A stretch of DNA of 64,000 nucleotides from an uncultured Bacteroidales bacterium (GTDB lineage: Bacteria > Bacteroidota > Bacteroidia > Bacteroidales > BM520). A program made the position numbers and the translations under genes. The notes beneath the pieces were generated by a model. It was given only the letters and a program-made list of their open reading frames with translations, had not been told where the DNA came from and did not search any database. Within the stretch, counting starts at the first letter, position 1. The number at the start of each line of letters is the position of its first letter. The DNA is taken from positions 760 through 64,759 of the forward strand of contig CAYYSU010000007.1 of NCBI GenBank assembly GCA_964474455.1, given 5' to 3'. Positions 54,801 through 62,526 of this stretch are shown in pieces.

Positions 54801-57056
54801 TGTTGCTATAGCTTCATAATCCGTTGCATTGAACATACGGTATATTCTCCAACGAAAAATTTCACCTTCATAAAAACCATCTTTTATAGCTGAAGAGGGA
54901 TCATTGCCATAAGCAGTAACGGAATTCGTTCCTGTCCATTCACAGAAGCCACCACACTTTTCTGTTTGCGTTGCTTCATCCCAATAGAAGACTCCAATAA
55001 AATCACCAATAGAAACTTGAGATCCATTAATTTTCGGATGAGAATATATTGGTATAGAGATAATATGAGAATTATCCGTAGGAACCACACCCCATCCCGG
55101 AGGAGTATATGATGTGCTTCCTTCATAATCATGATTTATAAGATTGTTTGTCACCGGATTATATGGTCGGGATGGTGGGCTAAAAGTATAATTATCTTTA
55201 TCAGGATATGCTGTACCTGACCATCCGTAAGGCAATTCAATGGAGTAATAGCCTTCAATATCTGTGGTATCACTTCCTCCACCATTGTTAAAAAAGACGG
55301 TAACACCTTCTATGGGATCTCCGCCATCTGTCTGAAGTATATTTCCAGATACAAACACTGATTGTTCTGTTGCAGTAAAATTTTCTGAGAGTTTGTTTTG
55401 AGACAGATTGGAGAATACTTTGTTATTAGGAGAAAAACTATACCCCAGGAGGTTAGGTGTTGCGAAACCGGAATAACCATAATCAAGAGTAATAGAGTAA
55501 TTACCGTTTGCATCAGTAATAACATTTCCTCCTCCATTGGAAAACACAACATTGACCCCCCCCACAGGCTCCCCTGTTGAAGTGGATATATCACCTGCTA
55601 CAGTAACACTCTGACTTGTCCCTGTAAAGTTAAGATCCGTCTTATCGACAATTGCATTCACAACATTGTGGATTACGGGTGTGAAAATAAACCCTACTTT
55701 AACCGGTTGTATTGTACCGGTCCACCCTAACTCAACCTCGAAGGAATAGTAACCGGCGGCATTTGAAAATACGGGTGCTTCACCAGATATTATAAGCTTC
55801 GTATTTTGAATCGGATCACCATCATCATCATATACATTCCCGGACATTGTTAATGTCTGAACAGTGCCCTCAAAGTCTTGCCCGGAGAGGTTTCCGTATA
55901 GCGGTTGAATATTTCGTTGTTCAGGAGAGAAGCTAAAACCATATTTTACCGGAGTAACAACACCTGTCCATCCATAAGCACTGGAAAACGACCAGTTTCC
56001 CGTGACGTCGGTAAAAACAGACGTTAACCCGGTGAGCTGTATCTCGACATCCTCCATGGGTGTACCATTATCATGTACCATCCCGGACACAGTATATGTT
56101 ATATCATCAGCTACATAGTCCTGATTCGTAAGACTTGTTGTTACATCAGTATAGTCTATGGTGACTGGAGAAAAGACCTTTCCATTCATTGAAGGGGTTG
56201 CTGCTCCACTCCATCCATAACTTAAAGATATTGAGTATGTTCCTGAGCTGGTTGTGGTTACGACACCACCTCCGTTTGAAAATGCTATCGTAACTCCCGG
56301 GAGAGCTGCTCCATTCTGCGACACACTACCTGAAATTGTTACATCCCCATGATCCACAGAAAAGTCATTCCCCGTTGATGGAGCAGTGATGCCTGAAAGA
56401 GCTATTGAGACGGGATCAAAAGTATATGTAGAAGATAACGGAATGATTTCACCTGACCACTGGTCGGGCACACATCTGACATATTGACCATCAGCATCAG
56501 TAACAACGGAGTTAACACCATTTGTAAACGTTACTTCTATATCTTCCAATGGTATTCCATTACCCGTTATTATGCCTGAGACAGCATGAATAACAGATCC
56601 TGTTCCATGAACCATTGCCAGGCTTGTCAACCCATTAGGCACCCAATTAAGGCCACTTAAAGAGGATGAATTTAACACCGCTGTTACAGAAGTATATTCC
56701 ACCTCCCCGCACCAGCTGTAGACTCTAAAGATAAACTCTTCATTATTTGCAAATCCATCCTTGACGCCCGGAGTCATATTATCATCACCAAAAGCTGATA
56801 TTGCCGTTCCGCTACCGCCTGTCCATTCTATAGCACCGCCGCAGGTCTCACCGCCCTGATCATTAATAAAAAAAACACCAATATAATCTCCTACCTCTAT
56901 TGGAGCCCCATTAATAATTGGTGTCTGCGCAATACTAATGGTATGGTTATCACCTGTTACAGTATACTCCCATCCCGGAGGTAATCCTTGCGCATTAAGA
57001 TTTGAAAAAATGAAAACTGCTACTATCAGTATTAGAATTGTCTTAACTCTGCCCAT
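51831..57056 (-). CDS. Giant multi-domain T9SS cargo protein (adhesin-like) with C-terminal Por sorting domain
   Basis: 1741 aa. Signal peptide MGRVKTILILIVAVFIFSNLNAQ. The last ~80 aa (LTVNMYPVPAKDVLFVEV...LSPGVYMLKIKT...KRFVVGR) fit the T9SS C-terminal sorting domain pattern. The interior is built from three kinds of repeated modules. Confidence 0.85.
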   Translation of the reverse strand: MGRVKTILILIVAVFIFSNLNAQGLPPGWEYTVTGDNHTISIAQTPIINGAPIEVGDYIGVFFINDQGGETCGGAIEWTGGSGTAISAFGDDNMTPGVKDGFANNEEFIFRVYSWCGEVEYTSVTAVLNSSSLSGLNWVPNGLTSLAMVHGTGSVIHAVSGIITGNGIPLEDIEVTFTNGVNSVVTDADGQYVRCVPDQWSGEIIPLSSTYTFDPVSIALSGITAPSTGNDFSVDHGDVTISGSVSQNGAALPGVTIAFSNGGGVVTTTSSGTYSISLSYGWSGAATPSMNGKVFSPVTIDYTDVTTSLTNQDYVADDITYTVSGMVHDNGTPMEDVEIQLTGLTSVFTDVTGNWSFSSAYGWTGVVTPVKYGFSFSPEQRNIQPLYGNLSGQDFEGTVQTLTMSGNVYDDDGDPIQNTKLIISGEAPVFSNAAGYYSFEVELGWTGTIQPVKVGFIFTPVIHNVVNAIVDKTDLNFTGTSQSVTVAGDISTSTGEPVGGVNVVFSNGGGNVITDANGNYSITLDYGYSGFATPNLLGYSFSPNNKVFSNLSQNKLSENFTATEQSVFVSGNILQTDGGDPIEGVTVFFNNGGGSDTTDIEGYYSIELPYGWSGTAYPDKDNYTFSPPSRPYNPVTNNLINHDYEGSTSYTPPGWGVVPTDNSHIISIPIYSHPKINGSQVSIGDFIGVFYWDEATQTEKCGGFCEWTGTNSVTAYGNDPSSAIKDGFYEGEIFRWRIYRMFNATDYEAIATYHVTNPYTFDGKYHTNALSELLSLNADVLTVEVWPESTELCAGNNLILSASPGGGSGNYTFAWSSIPAGFSSSQTQIIVSPNANTVYRCDLSTFLSSASDNATVIVVDQPVAPQSITSDRDGFCADDAGTIFLTATGGNGAILRWFSEGIEMGIGNPLVINSPEVTTTYCAQYENNCGITECVSVTITVLPLPVAPESVISSDYEVCINDSGTIELAAIGGSGDVLNWYANGEIAGTGTPLEVDSPEETTTYYAAWKNICDSSELIPVTVNVLPVAIAPDMVVSSRDQVCVNDPGTITLTAVGGSGDVVHWYVEDLEIGTGSDITIDSPEITTTYCAAFENSCGFSECTPFTITVLPLPVAPTLVTVSDSNVCINDSGTITLYSEEGSGDEMKWFANDNYIGSGTPLTLASPVIPTTYCAAWENSCGISDCISVDVTVIELPVAPETVYASVEEVCVNDPGQITLYAQGGAGENIAWYVDDVMIGTGSPLFVDSPVEETIYCAQWENECAVSECVPVVVTVLPLPEAPEEVTASQTEVCINDPGTITLTAHGGNGDVVNWYEGSCGGGAIGTGIQIIIPSPQDTTTYYALWESLCGISNCAEVTVNVVDTCQSVHQVSLNAGWSGISSWVVPDDNSTENIFAPIFDDLVIVKDLTGVYWPPYANTIPNWDTWQGYKIKVENPVNVTFIGDPAEVLAIDLDQGWSLIPVLVEDPVSAASVFEPLAGNILIVKAVASPEVYWPGTQVYSLQTLTPGKSYMLALENPAQISFANGTASKVENYTKEFVNPWNSVTRTANSHIISLVSDVISEFCSGDILGVFNAAGRCVGVVEISQNGQNSAVTVFGDDPTTDSIDGMIENEPMQFRLWQKETNTETILAAEFSENYPNKELFASNGLGAVTSFTKVTGNPENAILTVNMYPVPAKDVLFVEVMNNNDYSVKVYTISGQELMIKDGCYGKTEIETEDLSPGVYMLKIKTALGTAVKRFVVGR
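52975..54495 (-). repeat. Six tandem ~250-bp (about 83-aa) Cys-containing Ig-like modules inside the T9SS cargo gene
   Basis: Each unit reads approximately (V)LP(L)PVAPE...VC(I/V)ND(S/P)GTITL...GG(S/N)GD...W(Y/F)...G(T/S)G...SP...TTTY(C/Y)A.WEN.CG.S.C..V.V.V. Unit starts are near 54495, 54238, 53990, 53740, 53490 and 53245. Confidence 0.8.
55113..56606 (-). repeat. About six tandem ~80-aa carboxypeptidase-regulatory-like beta-sandwich modules inside the T9SS cargo gene
   Basis: Recurrent pattern SG.V...G.P..GV.V.F(S/N)NGGG...TD..G.YS..L.YGWSG...P...GY.FSP.... Confidence 0.65.
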
Positions 57057-57252
57057 AATGTAATATCTTAGTTTTTGCTATTTTATCTGTTATTAATAAT
57101 AAAAGTAAAAAAAAGTAATCAATTGTCGGTAAAAATAATCAATTCTACTTTCTACCGACATGGCACAAAGATTTACATATAAAAGCTCATGTAAAATCTA
57201 AATCTTTTTCCAAGGTAAAAAATTCTTACTTTTACAGATAAATTCATGGCTT

Positions 57253-58683
57253 ATGCTTCGTAACATTTTTCTTTTTCTTCTCCTTGCCGGGATGCTTGTT
57301 AGTCATGCGCAGGAAGAGTCTTTTAATTGTTATACCCTTATCGCCGGGAGAGATGCCACTGCCGACGGATCTGTTATGGTAGCTCATAATGAGGATGACT
57401 TTGGCGAACAGATAGTGAACTTCTATAAAGTTCCGTCGCGACCGGCAGGTACTACTTTCTATACAAACGAAGGTGCGGAGATAGTAAGCACTGTGGAGTC
57501 AGTACCTTATTTATGGCTTGATATGCCGGGGATGAATTTCTCCGACAGCTTCTTAAACGAGAATGGCGTTTTAGTGGTCTCCAACCAGTGTTCCAGCAGA
57601 GAAAAAAATCCTGATATCACAGAAGGAGGCATTCAGTATCAACTGAGGAAACAGGTTGCAGAACAGGCTCGCAGCGCGCGCCATGGAGTAACCATTGCCA
57701 TTGAGCTGATTGAGAAATATGGGTATAACTCCTCGGGGAGAAGCTATACTATTGCTGATACACAAGAAGCATTTATCCTCGCAATTGTTAACGGTAAACA
57801 TTTCGCAGCGGTAAGGGTTCCCGACGATAAGGTTGCCGTTATACCAAACTACTACACCATTACAGATATCGATATCACAGATACTGTAAATTATATCGTG
57901 TCACCGGATATCATTGATTATGCAGAAAGCCAGGGATGGTATGATCCTTCGGAAGGCGAGTTTAACTTCCGCCTGGCATACTCCGGTGAGGAGTCGCTGA
58001 AACATCCGGTGAATATTGGGAGGATGTGGAGAGGAGTATCTGTTCTCTCAGGAATCGATTACGACTACAATGACACCTTCCCCACCTTTCTTACTCCTGA
58101 GGAACCAGTTGAGCTCAAGACATTTATGAACCTGCTGCGGGATCATTATGAAGGCACGGATTTATCATACGAAAATAAAAAACAAAAGACGCCCCACGCC
58201 GAGGAAGGTAGCCCATGCGCCATACATACTCAATATGGTCTTGTGGCACAATTACGTTCCCATATGCCTGTGGAGATTGGCGCGGTGATGTGGCTGGCAA
58301 TGAGAAGACCATGCACCCAGGCATTTATACCCTGGTATGCCGGCATCTCAGAAATCCCCTTTGGATTCTCAAGATATGACATCCAGTGGGCAGAGATGAA
58401 TCATCAGAATCCTGAAGAAGGAACCTGGGACAGAGTTCCGGTGCACTCCTACTTCTTCTATAAAGACTATGCGGATTTTGTAGATAAAAACTATTCTTTC
58501 AGACAAAAAGAGGCCTTGAAAAGAACCTCAAAAACAGAGAATCGTTTTCTGGAACGTCAGGAGAAATTTGAAAAAAGGCTTTTAAAACTAAAAAATAAAA
58601 ACAGCACTCGTTTTCAGTCAAAACTCAATGACATAACAGAGCGAGGCACATCACAAACCATAAAAAACAGCTTAAAAAAATAG
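57253..58683 (+). CDS. C69-family dipeptidase
   Basis: 476 aa. Signal peptide, then Cys-initiated mature N-terminus CYTLIAGRDATADGSVMVAHNEDD, typical of Ntn-type C69 peptidases. Confidence 0.85.
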   Translation: MLRNIFLFLLLAGMLVSHAQEESFNCYTLIAGRDATADGSVMVAHNEDDFGEQIVNFYKVPSRPAGTTFYTNEGAEIVSTVESVPYLWLDMPGMNFSDSFLNENGVLVVSNQCSSREKNPDITEGGIQYQLRKQVAEQARSARHGVTIAIELIEKYGYNSSGRSYTIADTQEAFILAIVNGKHFAAVRVPDDKVAVIPNYYTITDIDITDTVNYIVSPDIIDYAESQGWYDPSEGEFNFRLAYSGEESLKHPVNIGRMWRGVSVLSGIDYDYNDTFPTFLTPEEPVELKTFMNLLRDHYEGTDLSYENKKQKTPHAEEGSPCAIHTQYGLVAQLRSHMPVEIGAVMWLAMRRPCTQAFIPWYAGISEIPFGFSRYDIQWAEMNHQNPEEGTWDRVPVHSYFFYKDYADFVDKNYSFRQKEALKRTSKTENRFLERQEKFEKRLLKLKNKNSTRFQSKLNDITERGTSQTIKNSLKK

Positions 58684-58687
58684 TGAT

Positions 58688-61615
58688 ATGAAATATAAAG
58701 TTTTACTTCTGATCTTTGTTATTGCAACAACGTCGTGCAGCAGAGAGCCGTTACAATTCACAGATTATGTAAATCCGTTTATCGGAACCGACGGTCATGG
58801 ACACACATACCCCGGAGCGGCAGTGCCATTCGGGATGGTACAGCTAAGCCCTGACACACGACTCACAGGATGGGATGGTTGTTCTGCATATCATTATTCC
58901 GATGATGTAATCTATGGCTTCAGCCACACACATCTCAGCGGAACGGGGTGTTCTGATTATGGTGATATCCTGGTAATGCCTTTTATAGGAGACCCTACAC
59001 CGGTGAAAGAGGGAGAAGAGGGATTCAACGCTCACTTCTCACATGAAAATGAAACCGCTGAGCCGGGTTATTACAGAGTACTTCTCGAAAACCCTGAGAT
59101 AGAAGCCGAGCTTACCGTTACAGAAAGAACAGGTATTCACAGATATAGTTATCCTTCCGGGCAGGAAGCAGGAATAATAATCGACCTGGACCACAGGGAT
59201 AAAGTTATTGATGCCTTTATGGAGAAAAGCGGCAACAACGAAATATCAGGCTACCGTCTCTCCAGAGCATGGGCCTTCGAGCAACATATATATTTTGTAA
59301 TGCAGTTCTCTCAGCCTATTGATAAAATCGGGCTTTGGTCTGATGACATACCTGCCAAATCATTGAAAGCAAAAGGTGAAAATATTAAAGGATATGTTCA
59401 ATTTACGTCTCCGCAAAACAGTGAAATCATTATAAAAGTGGGTGTCAGTGCAGTAAGTATTGAAGGAGCCAGAAAGAATCTGGAGGCAGAGGCTGTAGAT
59501 AAAGATTTTGAAACAATACGTGCTGAAGCCAACGGCAAATGGAATGAACGACTGGGTAAAGTTGCTGTGGAAGGTGGAACGAAGACAGAAAAAGTGAATT
59601 TCTACACTGCACTATACCACAGCTTCCTTAATCCAAATATTTTTATGGATGTTGATGGACAATATCGAGGCACAGATTTAAAAATTCATAAGGCAGAGGA
59701 TTATGAATATCATACTGTTTTCTCGTTATGGGACACCTACCGTGCAACGCATCCTCTCTTTACCATTCTGGAGACAGAAAAAACAAATCACTTTATACGC
59801 ACCTTTCTGGATATGTATAAATATGGCGGAAAACTGCCTGTTTGGGAGCTTGCAGGAAACTACACCGGATGTATGATTGGTTATCATGCCGTTCCGGTCA
59901 TTGTCGACGCATGGGTTAAAGGCATTCGCAATTTTGATGAAAATCTGGCATTACAGGCAATGATTCACAGTGCTACTATTGACCACCTGGGGCTACCGTC
60001 ATATCGTAAATATGGTTATATCCCTTCAGGGGATGAGCACGAATCTGTTTCCAAGACGCTGGAATACGCATACGACGACTGGTGTATCGCTATTATGGCT
60101 AAGGATATGGGAGTAGACGAGACATATAAGAGGTTTATCCGCAGGGCGCAAAGCTATAAGAACATCTTTGATCCGCAGACGGGATTTATGCGCGCTAAGG
60201 ACAATAACTTGTGGTTTAGTCCCTTCGATCCTCGTGAGGTAAATTTCAACTATACTGAAGCCAACTGCTGGCAGTACAGCTTTTATGTTCCTCAGGATAT
60301 CAGTACACTTATCAGCTATCTGGGTGGTGATGACGGTTTCTGCGCAAAGCTGGATGAGCTTTTTTCTACCTCCTCTGAAACAACGGGGCGCGAGCAGGTA
60401 GATATCACAGGACTCATTGGGCAATATGCGCAGGGCAACGAACCGAGTCATCACATGGCATACCTTTACAGCTACGCAGGGCAGCCACATAAAACACAGG
60501 AGATATGTCGCAAAATTATGGATGAGCTCTATATGGATACTCCTGACGGGCTATGTGGCAATGAAGATTGCGGCCAGATGTCGTCATGGTATGTCTTCAG
60601 CGCAATGGGTTTTTATCCTGTGACACCGGGAACAGAAGTATATGTTCTTGGCACGCCAATATTTGAGCAGGCGACGCTAAACCTGGAGAATGGAAATACC
60701 TTTACCATAAAAGCACCTGAAACGTCATCAGAAAACAAGTATATTAAAGAGGCCTTTTTGAATGGAAAACCCTTGAACACCATCTACATCCTACACAGTG
60801 ATATTATGGCAGGCGGGGAGCTGGAACTGGTAATGAGCGATGAGCCTACAGATTTTGGAGCAAAAAAAGAGCAACGACCCGTTACCGTTATTGATGAGGA
60901 ATTAATCGAACCTGTTCCCTTTGTGATGTCAGGGGAAAAGGCATTCTTCAATACAACAGAGATATCACTGTCGTCTGTAAATAAAGATTCTAAGGTATAT
61001 TTCACCCTTAACGGTGAGGAGCCTGATGAGAATAGCACAATCTTCACAAAGCCCATTACCCTTTCGGAGTCGGTTACGTTAAAAGCCGTAGCAATATCTC
61101 CGCAAGGAAACAGAAGCAATACTATTGAAGCGGTATTTCAGAAGATTCCTCAAAACAGAAATATTAAAATCTATAGTGAATACGCAAACCAATACTCTGC
61201 TGGCGGCGATCATGCTCTGATTGATTTTATACGAGGCAGCGACAGTTATAAAACAGGCCTTTGGCAAGGATACCAGGGTCAGCACCTGCGAGCGGTGGTA
61301 GATCTCGGAAAGATAACTGAAATTTCATCCATAGAAACAGGATTCCTGCAAGATGAGAACAGCTGGATCTTTTTGCCAAAAAAAGTTGAGTACCTCATTT
61401 CTGAAGATGGTGAGAATTTTGAGAAAGTAGCGATCCTGGAACCTACTACAACACCAAAAGACCGGGGAGTAATCGTTGAGCAATTTGAAAAGGAAGGAAA
61501 CTTCAAAGCCCAGTATGTAAAAATTGTTGCTTACTCACTTTTGGAAAACCCGCAGTGGCATAAATCTCCGGGAGAAAAATGCTGGATCTTCGCCGATGAA
61601 ATTATGATAAAATAG
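58688..61615 (+). CDS. GH92-family alpha-mannosidase with C-terminal accessory domains
   Basis: 975 aa. Lipoprotein-like signal (ATTSC). GH92 N-terminus VNPFIGTDGHGHTYPGAAVPFGMVQLSPDT and GH92 core (YAQGNEPSHHMAYLY...DGLCGNEDCGQMSSWYV). About 230 extra C-terminal residues resemble a chitobiase-C/Fn3-like plus discoidin (F5/8 type C) region. Confidence 0.9.
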   Translation: MKYKVLLLIFVIATTSCSREPLQFTDYVNPFIGTDGHGHTYPGAAVPFGMVQLSPDTRLTGWDGCSAYHYSDDVIYGFSHTHLSGTGCSDYGDILVMPFIGDPTPVKEGEEGFNAHFSHENETAEPGYYRVLLENPEIEAELTVTERTGIHRYSYPSGQEAGIIIDLDHRDKVIDAFMEKSGNNEISGYRLSRAWAFEQHIYFVMQFSQPIDKIGLWSDDIPAKSLKAKGENIKGYVQFTSPQNSEIIIKVGVSAVSIEGARKNLEAEAVDKDFETIRAEANGKWNERLGKVAVEGGTKTEKVNFYTALYHSFLNPNIFMDVDGQYRGTDLKIHKAEDYEYHTVFSLWDTYRATHPLFTILETEKTNHFIRTFLDMYKYGGKLPVWELAGNYTGCMIGYHAVPVIVDAWVKGIRNFDENLALQAMIHSATIDHLGLPSYRKYGYIPSGDEHESVSKTLEYAYDDWCIAIMAKDMGVDETYKRFIRRAQSYKNIFDPQTGFMRAKDNNLWFSPFDPREVNFNYTEANCWQYSFYVPQDISTLISYLGGDDGFCAKLDELFSTSSETTGREQVDITGLIGQYAQGNEPSHHMAYLYSYAGQPHKTQEICRKIMDELYMDTPDGLCGNEDCGQMSSWYVFSAMGFYPVTPGTEVYVLGTPIFEQATLNLENGNTFTIKAPETSSENKYIKEAFLNGKPLNTIYILHSDIMAGGELELVMSDEPTDFGAKKEQRPVTVIDEELIEPVPFVMSGEKAFFNTTEISLSSVNKDSKVYFTLNGEEPDENSTIFTKPITLSESVTLKAVAISPQGNRSNTIEAVFQKIPQNRNIKIYSEYANQYSAGGDHALIDFIRGSDSYKTGLWQGYQGQHLRAVVDLGKITEISSIETGFLQDENSWIFLPKKVEYLISEDGENFEKVAILEPTTTPKDRGVIVEQFEKEGNFKAQYVKIVAYSLLENPQWHKSPGEKCWIFADEIMIK

Positions 61616-61637
61616 TTTTGCGCATACATAAAACATC

Positions 61638-61674
61638 AAAATGGCTATCACAAGTGGGTAGCCATTTTTGTTTT
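61638..61674 (+). terminator. Rho-independent terminator after the GH92 gene
   Basis: AAATGGCTA (61639-61647) pairs with TAGCCATTT (61659-61667), then TTGTTTT. Confidence 0.65.
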
Positions 61675-61755
61675 CTTACAATCATATTCATTCTTGACAC
61701 TTAGATTCTCATCATCAGATGCTTAATGTATTTTGTTATGGTTATGTTATGCTAG

Positions 61756-61763
61756 TATTTTTG
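61756..61763 (+). promoter_or_regulatory. -7 box TATTTTTG upstream of the ECF sigma factor gene
   Basis: TAnnTTTG match 84 nt upstream of the ATG at 61847. Confidence 0.3.
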
Positions 61764-61846
61764 CATTAGATGGGTATTGTTAGGGTGTTTTTTTTTATTA
61801 ATCGAATAAAGTAAAAGATATTTGTTGCAAATAAAAAACAGTTATT

Positions 61847-62416
61847 ATGGATATCGATAGAATTTATGTAAAGCAGTGCCTCGACAACGAAGCCAGAGCA
61901 CAAGAGAATCTCTATCGTTTTTATGCACCCAAAATGCTTTCCTTGTGCAGAAAATATACTAAATCCATCGAGGAGGCGGAGGATATCATGCAGGAAGGTT
62001 TTATCAAGGTTTTCTCCAAGCTATGTGATTTCCGCAACGAAGGCTCCCTTGAGGGATGGATCAGAAGGATCATGATTAACACAGCGCTGAATTTTCATAA
62101 ACGTAAAACACCTACATACCAGGATATCACCATAGGCACGTTTGAGCATGTGCGCGTGGAAGAGTCCACATCCATTGAAAAACTTTCAGCCGAAGAGTTA
62201 GAAAAAGTAATTGCAACTATCCCAAATCCATATAAAACGGTATTTCATCTTAATGCAATATTAGGTTATACGCATAAAGAGATTGGCGAGATGCTTAACA
62301 TAAGCACAAACACCAGTAAATCAAGACTTAACAGAGCCCGACACATCATTCAAAAAAAATATTTCCACATCTACTCAACAGCCATTTCCCCTAGCTATGA
62401 GCGTGCTATTGCCTAA
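61847..62416 (+). CDS. RNA polymerase sigma-70 factor, ECF subfamily
   Basis: 189 aa. Region 2 (EDIMQEGFIKVF...EGWIRRIMINTALNFHKR) and region 4 HTH (ILGYTHKEIGEMLNISTNTSKSRLNRAR). Confidence 0.85.
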   Translation: MDIDRIYVKQCLDNEARAQENLYRFYAPKMLSLCRKYTKSIEEAEDIMQEGFIKVFSKLCDFRNEGSLEGWIRRIMINTALNFHKRKTPTYQDITIGTFEHVRVEESTSIEKLSAEELEKVIATIPNPYKTVFHLNAILGYTHKEIGEMLNISTNTSKSRLNRARHIIQKKYFHIYSTAISPSYERAIA

Positions 62417-62526
62417 TATTTTTCATATTCAGGCAACGCAGCTAAAGTTTATTGGTCTTAAAGGTGTAATTTGCACAAAATCATATTAACTCCTCTATTT
62501 TCTTTATGCACAAAAAACACCCAAGT

